The notes below the pieces were generated by a model. It searched no databases, was not told the origin of the DNA, and was given only the letters and a program-made list of their open reading frames with translations. Of a stretch of 64,000 bases of DNA, positions 1 through 10,776 are shown piece by piece; the stretch's first letter is position 1; every line of letters begins with the position of its first letter. The stretch comes from an uncultured Lentisphaerales bacterium (lineage in GTDB: Bacteria; Verrucomicrobiota; Lentisphaeria; JABSQK01; UBA12247): contig CALSSJ010000012.1 in the NCBI GenBank assembly GCA_943788985.1, forward strand, positions 222,290 through 286,289. Direction: 5' to 3'. A program made the translations under genes and the position numbers.

Positions 1-1
1 C

Positions 2-877
2 CGTGGTCTCACCTAGCCGTGTTCCAGCCAGGCTGCGGCCGCGGGCAAAAGGAATGATCGCGACGCTATCGGCGATAACCGGGGAGGCAATGACACGCCA
101 GTTATGCTTGCCTCGCGGATTGTAGCTGCCCGCGTGCCAGAGTAATTCGCCTGTATCTGCGGCGTTTCCGGAGAGATGGTCTGCGGCCCAGCAGATGATG
201 GTCTCGCGACCGTTTACATCCATGACGATAGGCGTGGTGTATGCGTCGTAGGATTCCTCGACTGAATCGAAGGTGCGCGCGATCTTCCACACTTCTTTTC
301 CCGTCTCGCAGTCGAGGCTGGCCAGATAGGAGCCTCCGCCGTTCTGGAGGACGGCAATCACCAGCTTGCCGTCAGCTAGGACTGGGGACGTGCCGAGATC
401 CCAGCCGAGCGTATCCTCACCGTAGCGCTTCTGGAGGTTTACTTCCCATTTCAGTGTGCCAGTCAGGGTGAGTGCGGCCACCTTTCCTGACTTGAAATAG
501 ACGTAGATGCACGTGCCGTCGGTAATCGGGGAGGGGTTGCAACTACTGGCCGTCTTGTAGCGGGCTTGTACGCTTTTTCCAAAGCGATGGCGCCAGATTT
601 CTTTGCGGTTGAAATCGTAACAGACAACGGTGTCCCGCCCGTCGATGTCGCAGGTGAGCATGATGTGCTCGTTCCAGACGATCGGGGTGGAAGAACCGAG
701 GCCTGGTAACGGAAGCTTCCAGAGCAAGTTCTCATCGGGATTCAGTGTCGCCGGTGCGGCCGGATCGTCCACCGATCCGTTGGCGGTGGGGCCACGCCAT
801 TGCGGCCAGTTCGCGGCTGCTGCGGAACAGGTGACGAGGCTTAAGCAAAGGATGGAAGTCAGGATATGGGCCTTCAT
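2..877 (-). CDS. PQQ-like beta-propeller (BamB-family) secreted protein, runs off the left edge
   Basis: Manual translation from ATG at 877: MKAHILTSILCLSLVTCSAAAANWPQWRGPTANG...LLWKLPLPGLGSSTPIVW. Signal peptide plus NWPQWRGP motif; no stop inside the window, so absent from the ORF track. Confidence 0.85.
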   Translation of the reverse strand, partial: MKAHILTSILCLSLVTCSAAAANWPQWRGPTANGSVDDPAAPATLNPDENLLWKLPLPGLGSSTPIVWNEHIMLTCDIDGRDTVVCYDFNRKEIWRHRFGKSVQARYKTASSCNPSPITDGTCIYVYFKSGKVAALTLTGTLKWEVNLQKRYGEDTLGWDLGTSPVLADGKLVIAVLQNGGGSYLASLDCETGKEVWKIARTFDSVEESYDAYTTPIVMDVNGRETIICWAADHLSGNAADTGELLWHAGSYNPRGKHNWRVIASPVIADSVAIIPFARGRSLAGTRLGETT

Positions 878-1268
878 AAGGATCTCGCAGGAGCAGGGGG
901 AGTCGCAGGAACCGCGATAGTGTAGCGCGTCCGGTAGACTGGGCAAGTTAGCAGCGGCTGGTGCGCTGCTGCCCCGCATGGGAGACAGCTAACGCTGATG
1001 AACGCCAACGAGGCCGCCGTAACTCTTTCCGGAATGGGATATCCACGAAAGATCAGTGGTGTTCGCGACCTGGCGCGTTAGCTTTCCAGCTGGTAACATT
1101 CACGGGAATCTACTGCGAGGCCGTAATGCACTCACTCTCAACAACTTGCGTTGTTCGCCGAATTCGACGTATCTTGAGAGGACTTCATTCGCCTCACTGC
1201 CGCAAAATGCTGGTGGCAAGCCCGTCACAGCCTCTCGCGACGAATGGCATGAATGATTCCGGCTAACC

Positions 1269-1973
1269 ATGGATCGAATCACACACATCACTTTCGACGC
1301 TGGCGGAACACTGCTCTATCCGTATCCTTCAGTCGGCGAGATCTATGCTGAGTATATGGGCCGGCATGGGCTGCACTTGGCACCGGCGTGCATCGAGGCT
1401 GCATTTAGCCGGACGATCAAGGCCGCTCAGAGTCAGACCCGCATGGCGGTGACGGATCACGACGACAAAGAGTGGTGGCGGCAAGTGGTGGCAGAAACAA
1501 TTGCGGATCTTGGGACCGTCGACGATTTTGACGCGCTGTTCGAGGAGCTGTGGGTTGCCTTTGCCGAGCCCCGCTACTGGCGCCTTTTTGAGGGCGCGGC
1601 GGATACTCTGGCTGCCTTGAAAGGGCAGGGGTATCAGCTCGCCATCCTGTCGAATTGGGACAAGCGCTTGCGGACTCTGCTCGATGGTTTTGGCCTATCG
1701 CAGTACTTCACTCACGTCGTGATTTCGGCGGAAGTTGGGATCGAGAAGCCTGCTGCGGAGATCTTCCAGCATACGGAACGTGAGCTGGCCACCGCGCCGG
1801 AGACTATTCTGCATATAGGGGACAGCCGCCGGCACGATCAGGCGGGTGCCGAAGCTGCAGGCTGGCAGTGGTTGCTGATCGACCATGGCGAGGGCACGAG
1901 CACTCCAGATACGCTGGCGAACCTGCCGGAGTTGCTCGAGCGGCTCGGCGGCAAGGGGGCTCGAAGCCAGTGA
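1269..1973 (+). CDS. HAD-IA family hydrolase (REG-2/HDHD3-like)
   Basis: Motifs FDAGGTL, LSNWD, EKP, HIGDS..HD..GA. Confidence 0.9.
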   Translation: MDRITHITFDAGGTLLYPYPSVGEIYAEYMGRHGLHLAPACIEAAFSRTIKAAQSQTRMAVTDHDDKEWWRQVVAETIADLGTVDDFDALFEELWVAFAEPRYWRLFEGAADTLAALKGQGYQLAILSNWDKRLRTLLDGFGLSQYFTHVVISAEVGIEKPAAEIFQHTERELATAPETILHIGDSRRHDQAGAEAAGWQWLLIDHGEGTSTPDTLANLPELLERLGGKGARSQ

Positions 1974-2389
1974 GTTCCGGGCAAAGATCAGCGAGGGCAT
2001 TTTTGCCTGTGGGCACCCCGCGTTGCTGGAGGCGCGAAGCCGACGATTCATACTGCGGCAGCTTCGGGCTTGGTAGCGATCGTTCGCGTCTTTTCGGATG
2101 CGGACCCCGCAGCAGTGAATCATCTGGGTGGTGATGGCGGTAGGCCGTTTAATTTTGCCCGGAGCGTGGACGTGGTCCAGCTGCTGATGGTACGAAATTC
2201 CTGCTCTGCGCTCGGGCGAAACCAGACATCTTTTGGGCGGTGGCGCTCGTCGATGTCGTGCCGACGCGAGAGGCTATTGCCGCGAATCCGGACTGCGTCT
2301 GCTACCGCATTAGCGTACACTCAGGGCCGTTTCCGGGCATCGGCTTTGAGGGCAAGGGCGAGAGCATTCTGCAGTGGCGGCTCGGTTTT

Positions 2390-3200
2390 TACCGCGAGGC
2401 ATACGACTTGATGATCGCTGCCACCGGTCGTTACGGCGTGGCAAAGCAGATGGGCAATCAGGGGGATTCGCCCGGCCAACTATTCCAGTTTGAGGCTTGG
2501 CAGGAAGCCGGAAGGATTGAGGATGTCACTCGCGCAGACTCGTACGCGAACAAATGGCGCCGCTAGCACCAATGGGACGCATCCCCGTTGCGGTGGAATT
2601 GCCAAAGTCCATGAACTAGGACCTATGGCTGGGGACGACGCGTGAGACGACGTTCAGTTCGAAGTTCCACCCCGGGAACTGGCGCGGCTGGGATCGATAT
2701 GGCTGCGGTTGCCTTGGCGACTCGGTGCCGTACATCGTCGATACCGTTCATCGCTCCCCAGAGTTGGGGCCGCTGGAGAAGATTGAGCTTCCCTCATTGG
2801 TGCAGCCCAACCAGTCCATCTATCCGCTGGCGAGCACTTTAAAGTTTGGCTGTCCCGCGCGAAGCGAGGATCCTGCGATGACGCTCAGTTGGTACGATGG
2901 GCACGGCAAGACGCCGCCTATCCCCGTTGCGTTTGCCGGTCGCGACACCAACTGAGAGCCGGGCAAGTTTATCTACGCGAAGGGGCACATCCTGCAGCGG
3001 GACCATCCCGGGAGGCGGTTGCAGATCATCCTGTACGAGAAGATGCGCGAGATGTTGGAGGCTGGCACCATGCCGAAGGATTTCAGTAAGAATTCGGATC
3101 ACTACGCGAACTTCCTGCTTGCTTTTCGCGGGGACGAGGAGCCCTACTCGCCATTCTCGGTGTCCGGACTGCGATCGCAGATGTTGGCCCTAGCCCGAGT
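2390..3200 (+). pseudogene. Gfo/Idh/MocA oxidoreductase remnant (C-terminal part)
   Basis: Fragments QMGNQG, DLWLG, FHPGNWRGW, YPLASTLKF, WYDG, DHYANFLLA broken by stops and frameshifts; boundaries approximate. Confidence 0.7.
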
Positions 3201-3450
3201 TGCGAACTGCAATTCGGATTTTGCGGAATTGTGGGCATCTTTTCTACGGCTTCTCGGTCACAGTCCGGAGAACGAGCTTCGTAGTTACTGCAACGTCAAC
3301 TGCTTTCCTTGAAGTCGCGACATGACGGTGCCATCGCATTTTCATGTACTTCGCCACACGCACATCTCGAGGCAAACAGATCCTGCAACTGCTTGAGTCC
3401 TACCGCAATGCAGACAGCCAACCACGCAACCGCGTGGTCCCATCTTTGTA
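3195..3450 (+). mobile_element. IS1634-like transposase 5' remnant
   Basis: MYFATRTSRGKQILQLLESYRNADSQPRNRVV resembles the IS1634 transposase N-terminus (LQLVESYR..GKPRQRV); truncated, near the tRNA 3' end. Confidence 0.55.
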
Positions 3451-3551
3451 CCTGCAACGGCACGCAATTGGTCGCGAGTTCTGTGACGATGTGACGCTCG
3501 AAGACAACCGCGCCCCTGGCTTTGCGGGCGGCTCAGGGGAGCGAGGGGAGA

Positions 3552-3627
3552 TGGTACCCGGGAGAGGAATCGAACCTCCGGCACAGAGTTTAGGAAACTC
3601 CTGCTCTATCCACTGAGCTACCCGGGT
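3552..3627 (-). tRNA. tRNA-Arg(CCT)
   Basis: 76-nt cloverleaf: acceptor ACCCGGG/CCCGGGT, D arm GCTC-AGTGGATA-GAGC (A20), anticodon loop TTCCTAA, T loop TTCGATT, encoded CCA. Confidence 0.95.
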
Positions 3628-3797
3628 GCCTGTTGCGGCGGACTACAGCCGCGATGGTAAGGAAAGTAGTCACGAACCGCACCTTTGCAATCGCATGTCA
3701 CGCGGTCGCGCGAGCGAGGGCTTGCGGTTAGGCGGATTCTTCGTATGGTACCATGCCAGTTAGTGCGTATGAATGATTCTTCCCTGAGGTTCCTGAA

Positions 3798-5885
3798 GTG
3801 AAACGATTTATAGTGATTTTTTCTATCTGCCTGGCTAGCGTATGGCTGCAGGCTGAGCCTGTGCGCTTGGATGTTGCGCGGGCATTACGTCATGTCTCTG
3901 ATGCCATCGTGCTGGTCACGATGGATACCGGAATCCTGGAACAGCACGCCCCGGGCCTGATTTTCGAGCGGATAGATAACCGCGTTTACATCGTCACCGA
4001 CGCTGCTGTTGTGCAGACTCCGGAAGGGCAGGGCATTCACCGTGTCTGGGTGCGCTATAATGATCGCGGTATCTCCAAAGCCGATCTTTTGGACGATCAG
4101 TTCGCCGATGGCCTGGCACTGCTGGAAGCGACCTTTCGGCATCCGCATAATCCGCTCGAACAGTCAGAGCGCCATACGCGGGAGGACGTTATCACCGGCT
4201 ACCTGTGGGGCTATCCGCTTTCGGATCCGGCCGTGAGACGTCTGCTGACTAAGGGCGGCGGGCTTGGCGCAAGCTGGGCCATTTCAGACTTCCAACCCAC
4301 TCGTGATTTGCTTGGGCAGGTAGAATCTTTTCACATCGCCTATCGCCCGGTGGCCGGCGAAATCGACGGCACGCCAGGAACTGTGGCTGTGGATCGCTTC
4401 GGCGATGCGGTTGGTGTCGTCTCGGTGCTCGAGCCCACTGCGGACCAATCTCTGACGATCACGCCGATTCAGGACATTCGCGCGTCGCTGAAGGGCATCG
4501 TTCGCGAACTGTCGTTCGAGCCTATTCGCGGGCGCCGCGGCTATTTTCGAGTAAATGGCCGCACCGCGGACCCATGCCGTCGCGTAGGGGCCGTGATCCT
4601 AACGTCCAAGCGCTGGCAGCGCGACCAGGCGATGCCGCTCCAACAAGCTGATGGCTTCTGGCCACGGATGGCCCACGATGCCCGCGAGCAACAGCTGGAT
4701 CTGGACGGAAACATCATCAGCGGCGAAATTCGCCTGCGTCCCAGCAGTGATGCCGACGAGGCACATCTCTGCCAGATTAAGCTGCTCTACGGAGATCGCC
4801 AACCCTCGTTCTGCCAACCGCAGGTAGTCCACCTGTGGGGCGAACTGCCCGATAACAGCAATTGGTTTGCCCAGGATTACAGCGAGCACATGGAGCTGCG
4901 TGCTTCAGACGTTCGCGCCGGGCCGGTGGAGACAGTAAACAAGGTATCACTAGATGGCCGCAGCATCATTCGTCCCATGATCTGGTCGGCAGATGACCGG
5001 AACGTGCTGCTGCTGCACCGCACTGGCATTCTCGAAGAGCGAACGTTGCCTGACCTGGGCGTCAGCCGGACGTTGAAGCTGGGGCGTCGTCCTGTGGACA
5101 TGGCCCGCACTAAGCTGGGCCTAGCCATTCTTGTCGATGATGCTGTCCTCTGGATTGTGGACGAGAGAAGCTTGAAAGTAACCCGCCGCATTCCTGTTCC
5201 CGGTGCCCGGGCCATTGAAGGCAATGCGAGTAGCTACGACGTCTTGGTGCTGACCGCAGATAGGGACCAGATCGACATCGTCAGCCTGGCAGGGCAGGGC
5301 ACCAAAGTGCTGACTGCTAAGGAGCTGTGGATGGGCCAGAAGAGCTGGGTGCGTAAGCACGAGGCGGCCGAGGGGCACACACTCGCCGAGTTCTCCGACT
5401 TCTCCTTGGCCCCGGACGGCCGCCAGCTGCTGGTGCGGTCCAACCATTGCCTGCATCGATTCGTGTTCGAGTACCGCAGCCTCCACTACAAGGAAATGGG
5501 GCCGCCGATCGGCGAGGAGCCCGGTCGCCTCGTCTTTACGCGCGATTCTGCGTCCTTCGGCTTCGTCAATGTCAGCGATCAGCTGCTGCCCGCGCATCCT
5601 CCTGTCGGTTTTGGGAGCTATATCTACGCCACCCGCAACATTCAGGCACCGGTCCTGACTCTAAACTATGGCGCGATGCCTCGCGTGGTTGCTTTCAACG
5701 AAGGCATTATCTACGCCCAGAACAAGGACCAGAGAATGATTCGCTACGCACCGCGCGTCGGTGTCCGTGATGGCTATCGGTTTGATACGCGCGGTCGTAC
5801 GCTCGACATTCTGCCGGTTCCCACGAGTGAGTCCGAGGAAGTTGTCATCTTGAGCGAGTCTGACCTGCTCTGGGTTTCCTTCTAA
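3798..5885 (+). CDS. Secreted protein: degenerate trypsin-like domain plus C-terminal beta-propeller
   Basis: 695-aa ORF with signal peptide; YIVTDAAVV, GYP and VDRFGDAVGV resemble trypsin-like motifs without the catalytic His/Ser; WSADD and SLAPDGRQL blade-like repeats. Confidence 0.6.
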   Translation: MKRFIVIFSICLASVWLQAEPVRLDVARALRHVSDAIVLVTMDTGILEQHAPGLIFERIDNRVYIVTDAAVVQTPEGQGIHRVWVRYNDRGISKADLLDDQFADGLALLEATFRHPHNPLEQSERHTREDVITGYLWGYPLSDPAVRRLLTKGGGLGASWAISDFQPTRDLLGQVESFHIAYRPVAGEIDGTPGTVAVDRFGDAVGVVSVLEPTADQSLTITPIQDIRASLKGIVRELSFEPIRGRRGYFRVNGRTADPCRRVGAVILTSKRWQRDQAMPLQQADGFWPRMAHDAREQQLDLDGNIISGEIRLRPSSDADEAHLCQIKLLYGDRQPSFCQPQVVHLWGELPDNSNWFAQDYSEHMELRASDVRAGPVETVNKVSLDGRSIIRPMIWSADDRNVLLLHRTGILEERTLPDLGVSRTLKLGRRPVDMARTKLGLAILVDDAVLWIVDERSLKVTRRIPVPGARAIEGNASSYDVLVLTADRDQIDIVSLAGQGTKVLTAKELWMGQKSWVRKHEAAEGHTLAEFSDFSLAPDGRQLLVRSNHCLHRFVFEYRSLHYKEMGPPIGEEPGRLVFTRDSASFGFVNVSDQLLPAHPPVGFGSYIYATRNIQAPVLTLNYGAMPRVVAFNEGIIYAQNKDQRMIRYAPRVGVRDGYRFDTRGRTLDILPVPTSESEEVVILSESDLLWVSF

Positions 5886-5945
5886 GAGCCATCCTGTAAC
5901 GCCCCCGCAACCCAACCGCGTTGCGGCAAGACTGCGGCAGCTATT

Positions 5946-7370
5946 ATGAGCTCTCCTCTCCTTCATAAGCCCCTTTGGCGTCCCGCCGATCTCGGGCAGC
6001 CAATCCCTAGTTGGCCACATGCGACCAGTGTCTGCCTGCCGACCTGGGCCGATAATGTCGGCTACGAGGAGGGCGAGGAGCGTGTGCTCAGCCAGTTGCG
6101 CTGCGGTTATCCACGCTTTGTCCTACACCGCTGGACTGAGGAACTGCATCAGGTTGCAGCGACAACCCTGGGGACTGACATGGCCCGCGTATTTGGCGTC
6201 GAAGCCACTGCTTGCCGGGCCGCAGCGTATATCGGCGGTGCCACCGTGCGCGAGTTTCGCGGGGCCTGGGCCGTTGGGTTTGCGGAGTCCGCAAAAGAAA
6301 GGGCCAAGCAGTTTTGGCAGCACGGGGGCGAGGGGGTCTCCTGGCGCCAAGCGAGAGCCTTGCTGGACGGCGTGTATGTTGCGGAGTTCGCGGGCGCAGA
6401 CGCCCGGTCAGCGATTGCGGACCTTGCAGGCGTTCCAGCCGCTGATGTCTTTCTATTCAGCAGCGGCATGGCTGCCGTGTATGCGGCCTGGCGTTGCGTG
6501 ACCGACGGCGACGCGCCGACCATTCAGTTTGGCTTTCCGTACATCGACACGCTGAAGATTCAGCAGCGGTTTGGCAATGCCTCGCAGTTTTTTGCGAACT
6601 GCGCAACGGCCGACCATGTAGCCTTGGAGTCGCTGGAGAGCGCCTCGGCGGTGTTCTGCGAAGTGCCGGCCAACCCGCTGTTGCAGATGCCGGACGTGCC
6701 GCGTCTCGCGCGTTGGTGTCGCGAGCGGGGCGTGCCATTGGTGGTGGATGACACCGTTGCGACATTCGCAAATGTAGACCTGCTGCCGCACGCAGACCTG
6801 ATCGCTTCAAGCTTGACCAAGTTTGTCTCCGGGCTCGGAGATGTAATGGCTGGCTCACTGATTTTAAATCCTCGCTCCGCGCATTATGCACGGCTTCGCG
6901 CGCGGCTAGCTGCGGAGTTCGCACCGTCGCTTTGGTGCGAGGATGCGGCCGTGCTGCGCAGGAATGCCGCCGGTTTTCAGCAGCGGATAATGCGAATTAA
7001 TCGAAACGGCGAGGCGCTGGCCGACTTTTTGTACGGGCACCCCGAGGTCGCCCGCGTCTACTATCCCAAGTATCAGGACCGTGCGCACTACGATGCGTTG
7101 CTGCGCAAAGACGGCGGTTATGGCGGGTTGCTCTCGTTTCTATTGCGAACTCCGCAAGACGCCGAGGCCGTATATGACCGCCTGGAGGTTTGCAAAGGGC
7201 CCAGTTTAGGAACGGAATTTACCCTGGTCTCGCCCTACACCATTCTGGCGCATTACGATGAACTGGCGTTCGCTGAGTCATGTGGTGTATCCCGGTACTT
7301 GCTGCGTGTGAGTGCGGGAATCGAACCTGATTTGATCGATCGGTTTGAAAAGGCCTTAAGCCTCCCGTAG
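5946..7370 (+). CDS. Cys/Met-metabolism PLP enzyme, cystathionine gamma-synthase-like (long N-terminal type)
   Basis: [26 protein letters not shown] (PLP Lys), [14 protein letters not shown]. Confidence 0.85.
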   Translation: MSSPLLHKPLWRPADLGQPIPSWPHATSVCLPTWADNVGYEEGEERVLSQLRCGYPRFVLHRWTEELHQVAATTLGTDMARVFGVEATACRAAAYIGGATVREFRGAWAVGFAESAKERAKQFWQHGGEGVSWRQARALLDGVYVAEFAGADARSAIADLAGVPAADVFLFSSGMAAVYAAWRCVTDGDAPTIQFGFPYIDTLKIQQRFGNASQFFANCATADHVALESLESASAVFCEVPANPLLQMPDVPRLARWCRERGVPLVVDDTVATFANVDLLPHADLIASSLTKFVSGLGDVMAGSLILNPRSAHYARLRARLAAEFAPSLWCEDAAVLRRNAAGFQQRIMRINRNGEALADFLYGHPEVARVYYPKYQDRAHYDALLRKDGGYGGLLSFLLRTPQDAEAVYDRLEVCKGPSLGTEFTLVSPYTILAHYDELAFAESCGVSRYLLRVSAGIEPDLIDRFEKALSLP

Positions 7371-7420
7371 ATTTGAGCCGTTACACTTTTTTCCTCACCC
7401 CCATCATCTGGAGCCTCTTC

Positions 7421-8392
7421 ATGGGTTACTCAGCAGACAATTCTCTTTCCATCGGCAACACCCCACTGGTTAAAATTAACCGTCTTCCGGGCGCTGATAA
7501 GGCCACCATCCTGGCCAAGATTGAAGGCCGGAACCCTGCCTACTCCGTGAAGTGCCGAATCGGTTCGAACATGATCTGGGACGCAGAGAAGAGCGGCAAG
7601 CTCAAGCCCGGCGGCCATATCGTGGAGCCAACCAGTGGCAATACTGGGATCGCCCTGGCGTACGTGGCAGCTTCGCGCGGCTACAAGCTGACTATCACGA
7701 TGCCCGAGTCGATGAGCATCGAGCGTCGGAAAGTGCTGAGCGCACTTGGTGCAACCGTGGTGCTAACGCCTGCTGCGAAAGGGATGAAGGGCGCGATCAA
7801 CAAGGCTGCGGAGATCGCAGCAAGCTCCGATGAGTATTTCATGCCCCAACAGTTTGAGAATCCGGCCAACCCCGAGATTCATGTCAAGACCACTGGTCCG
7901 GAGATCTGGGCAGATACAAATGGCGAGATTGACATCCTGATCTCCGGCGTCGGCACCGGCGGTACGATCACCGGTGTGTCACGCTACATCAAGAAGGAGA
8001 AGGGCAAGGCGATTACTTCGCTCGCCGTAGAGCCGGAAGAGAGCCCCGTGATTACGCAGGCACTCGCCGGTCAGGATCTGAAGCCTGGACCCCACAAAAT
8101 CCAAGGAATAGGAGCCGGGTTCATCCCGACAAACTTGGACCTGTCCGTCGTGGACGGCGTGGAGCAAGTCACAAGCGCCGATGCGATTGCTGTCTCCCGT
8201 GAGTTGGCCCGCCAGGAAGGGCTCCTCAGTGGGATTAGCTGTGGCGCTGCCATGGCCGCCGCGTCCAAGGTCGCCCAGCGCCCAGAGAACGCCGGAAAGA
8301 CCATTGTGGTGATTCTGCCCGACGCTGGCGAGCGTTACTTGAGTGGCGCCCTGTTTGACGGCGTGTTCGGCGATGACGGAATGGCTCTCTGA
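7421..8392 (+). CDS. cysK: Cysteine synthase A (O-acetylserine sulfhydrylase)
   Basis: [48 protein letters not shown]. Confidence 0.97.
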   Translation: MGYSADNSLSIGNTPLVKINRLPGADKATILAKIEGRNPAYSVKCRIGSNMIWDAEKSGKLKPGGHIVEPTSGNTGIALAYVAASRGYKLTITMPESMSIERRKVLSALGATVVLTPAAKGMKGAINKAAEIAASSDEYFMPQQFENPANPEIHVKTTGPEIWADTNGEIDILISGVGTGGTITGVSRYIKKEKGKAITSLAVEPEESPVITQALAGQDLKPGPHKIQGIGAGFIPTNLDLSVVDGVEQVTSADAIAVSRELARQEGLLSGISCGAAMAAASKVAQRPENAGKTIVVILPDAGERYLSGALFDGVFGDDGMAL

Positions 8393-8426
8393 GGACGGGG
8401 GAAACGGTGCCAGGGTCGGCGCTGAC

Positions 8427-9242
8427 ATGAAGCCTGTCCTCGGGATAACCGTTGAGCCCGATCAGGTCCATGACCTGATCGGGCAAGAGTCCTTCGGTCA
8501 GGCTTGGCATGGCTTCGAGCTGCCAGGCTTTGTGCTGGGAGACCGCACCTGGGATGAGACGCTCAGTCAGGTGCAGCGCGGGATCTCGCACGTACGCGAC
8601 ATCCTGCCGGACGACGTCGCCCGCTATCTGCCAGAGACGGATACCACGGCTCGCCGTGCGATTCTGGACTCTCTGGTGGAGCAGCTTAAGCTGACTGTTG
8701 ACTACGGGGTCAAGTGCTGTACGCTTGAACTGGGAATCGAGCGGATTGCTGTGGAACATCGGGAAGCAGCGTTGCTGGCGCGCGAGGACTTAATCAAGCG
8801 ACTGTTGCCGGTTGCGGATTCGCTCGATGTCTCGATCTGCCTGCCGCAACGCGAACCATGCACGCCACCGGGCGCGCATTTTGCGGAGTACGCGACCCAG
8901 TTGGTGACCACGCTTGATCACGACGCCTGCAAGCTGACGCTAAACGTGTTCCCCAATGAGTTGCACACACTGACGGTGACTGAGTTGGTGCAGCGCAGCT
9001 ATTCGCATGTAGGCGTCATCCGGTTTTTCTACGAGCCAGGTATCGGACTACGACTAGATCGCGAGCAGCAGCTAATCTGGGCGCGGGCATTACATTTACG
9101 CCGTTATGATGGGCTGGTGGTGTTCTGTCCGCTGGTCAAGGATCGTGACAAATTTTGCTTTGAGGCTGATCAACTGCTGGGGCTGGTTCAAGAGATCTGG
9201 CTGGAGCAGAACCGGGAGTTCGACACGGTCGATGGCACCTGA
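8427..9242 (+). CDS. Hypothetical protein, possibly xylose-isomerase-like TIM barrel
   Basis: Long ORF between cysK and the methyltransferase; alternating helix/strand pattern, ending ...YDGLVVF; start uncertain. Confidence 0.55.
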   Translation: MKPVLGITVEPDQVHDLIGQESFGQAWHGFELPGFVLGDRTWDETLSQVQRGISHVRDILPDDVARYLPETDTTARRAILDSLVEQLKLTVDYGVKCCTLELGIERIAVEHREAALLAREDLIKRLLPVADSLDVSICLPQREPCTPPGAHFAEYATQLVTTLDHDACKLTLNVFPNELHTLTVTELVQRSYSHVGVIRFFYEPGIGLRLDREQQLIWARALHLRRYDGLVVFCPLVKDRDKFCFEADQLLGLVQEIWLEQNREFDTVDGT

Positions 9243-9316
9243 CCTGGATCATTCCTGAGATCTCGTCGTGAGAGCTCAGGACTTAATCAGGCTAAATAAT
9301 TCTACAAGGAGAACGC

Positions 9317-10663
9317 GTGGCTAAATCACAACGTGGCAGCCTGACGCGTATACAATCACAGGCACGTACTGCTGCGCGGGCAGTGTACGAGGTATCTGCG
9401 GATGTATGGGCATCCGGCAAGCCAGCGGATCGGCTGCTGGCTGCTTATTTTCGGAAGCACAAGAAATATGGCGCCCAAGACCGGCGGCTGATCAGTGAGA
9501 CTTTCTTTGCGGTCTTTCGCTGGTGGGGCTGGTTGCGTCTGCTCGCTCGCGATGAGGCCGGGATGTGGGAGCGCGACGCCGAGCGTGCGACGCAGTCGGT
9601 CGAATGGCAGTCGATGCTGGTGGGGGCACATGTGCTGGATACGGTCGCGCTGCACCCGGTCGCGGCCGTGTGGAAGGATCGCGTTGCCGAGAAGCGCCGG
9701 ACTGCGTCCTACGTCACTTGTGTCGGAGACAAGCCGCTGATGGAGCGTGCCGAGATGATGGAAAGCCTGTTTGGCCTTTCGGTGAGGCCGCATGACTTGT
9801 TGCCGGATTGGTTGCGCGAGGAGACGGGTGAGATGTCCTACGACTTGCTGGAAATGCTGCAGCGGCGCCCGCCACTTTGGTTGCGGACTTCGCACAGCAC
9901 GGTCGATAAGGCGATCTCACGCCTCGCGGATGAGGACCTGACTGCGGAGGCATTTCCGGCGCTGCTGGGTGCGATGCGGCTGGTGCCTACCCGGGTGAAT
10001 CTATATGAGTCGGCAACATTCAAGGCTGGGCTGGTCGAGATTCAGGATCTGGGAAGTCAAGCAATTGGTGCTGCCTGCAGCCCTGCGCCGGGACAGCGCT
10101 GGTGGGATGCCTGCGCCGGGGCCGGAGGAAAATCGCTGCAATTGGCTAGCATGATGAATGAGAAGGGGTTGGTGCTGGCTACAGATATCCGGGAGTACAA
10201 ACTCACGGACCTGCGCAAGCGGGCCCGCCGCGCACACTTGTCCAACATTCAGGCTAAGCCTTGGGACGGCAAGGAAATACCAGGGAAGCCCGGGAGCTTT
10301 CATGGGGTGCTGGTGGATGCGCCATGCACGTGCACCGGCACCTGGCGACGGAATCCAGACGCGCGCTGGACGATGAAGCGCGAGGAGATCGCAGCCGCGG
10401 TTGCGACGCAGAGTGAGATTCTAGAGGCTGTCATCCCCGCCCTGAGGCAGATGGGCGTGCTGGTCTACGCGACCTGCTCGCTGTGTGATGCGGAGAACGA
10501 GGGCGTGGTTCAGGGATTTCTGGATCGGCATCCGGAGTTCTCGCTGGATCCGATGGTTCATCCGTTGCACGGGGGCATGACCGAAGGGATGTTTCGGGTT
10601 ACGCCAACCTCGTTCGACTGTGATGCGATGTTTGTTGCTCGGATGCGCCGTCTCCGAGATTGA
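9317..10663 (+). CDS. RsmB/NOP (Fmu/Sun) family RNA m5C methyltransferase
   Basis: IQDLGSQ, DACAGAGGKS, VLVDAPCTCTG..RRNPD, VYATCS; RBS AAGGAG before GTG. Confidence 0.92.
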   Translation: MAKSQRGSLTRIQSQARTAARAVYEVSADVWASGKPADRLLAAYFRKHKKYGAQDRRLISETFFAVFRWWGWLRLLARDEAGMWERDAERATQSVEWQSMLVGAHVLDTVALHPVAAVWKDRVAEKRRTASYVTCVGDKPLMERAEMMESLFGLSVRPHDLLPDWLREETGEMSYDLLEMLQRRPPLWLRTSHSTVDKAISRLADEDLTAEAFPALLGAMRLVPTRVNLYESATFKAGLVEIQDLGSQAIGAACSPAPGQRWWDACAGAGGKSLQLASMMNEKGLVLATDIREYKLTDLRKRARRAHLSNIQAKPWDGKEIPGKPGSFHGVLVDAPCTCTGTWRRNPDARWTMKREEIAAAVATQSEILEAVIPALRQMGVLVYATCSLCDAENEGVVQGFLDRHPEFSLDPMVHPLHGGMTEGMFRVTPTSFDCDAMFVARMRRLRD

Positions 10664-10740
10664 TTCGTCGCGCTGCTGTGTGGGCGCGATTTACCGAAAT
10701 CGAAATTGCGCAGTGGAAATCCCTGCGAAAAACGTATAGT

Positions 10741-10774
10741 CCTTAATTCCTGTAGGGGAATAGGAGTTTTAAGG
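10741..10774. promoter_or_regulatory. Imperfect inverted repeat, candidate Rrf2/CymR-type operator
   Basis: CCTTAATTCCTGT-AGGGGA-ATAGGAGTTTTAAGG immediately upstream of the Rrf2 ATG. Confidence 0.45.
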
Positions 10775-10776
10775 GC

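Noticed and set aside
5886..5945. SAM or other riboswitch before the Cys/Met genes
   Set aside because: Spacer too short and no recognisable aptamer consensus.
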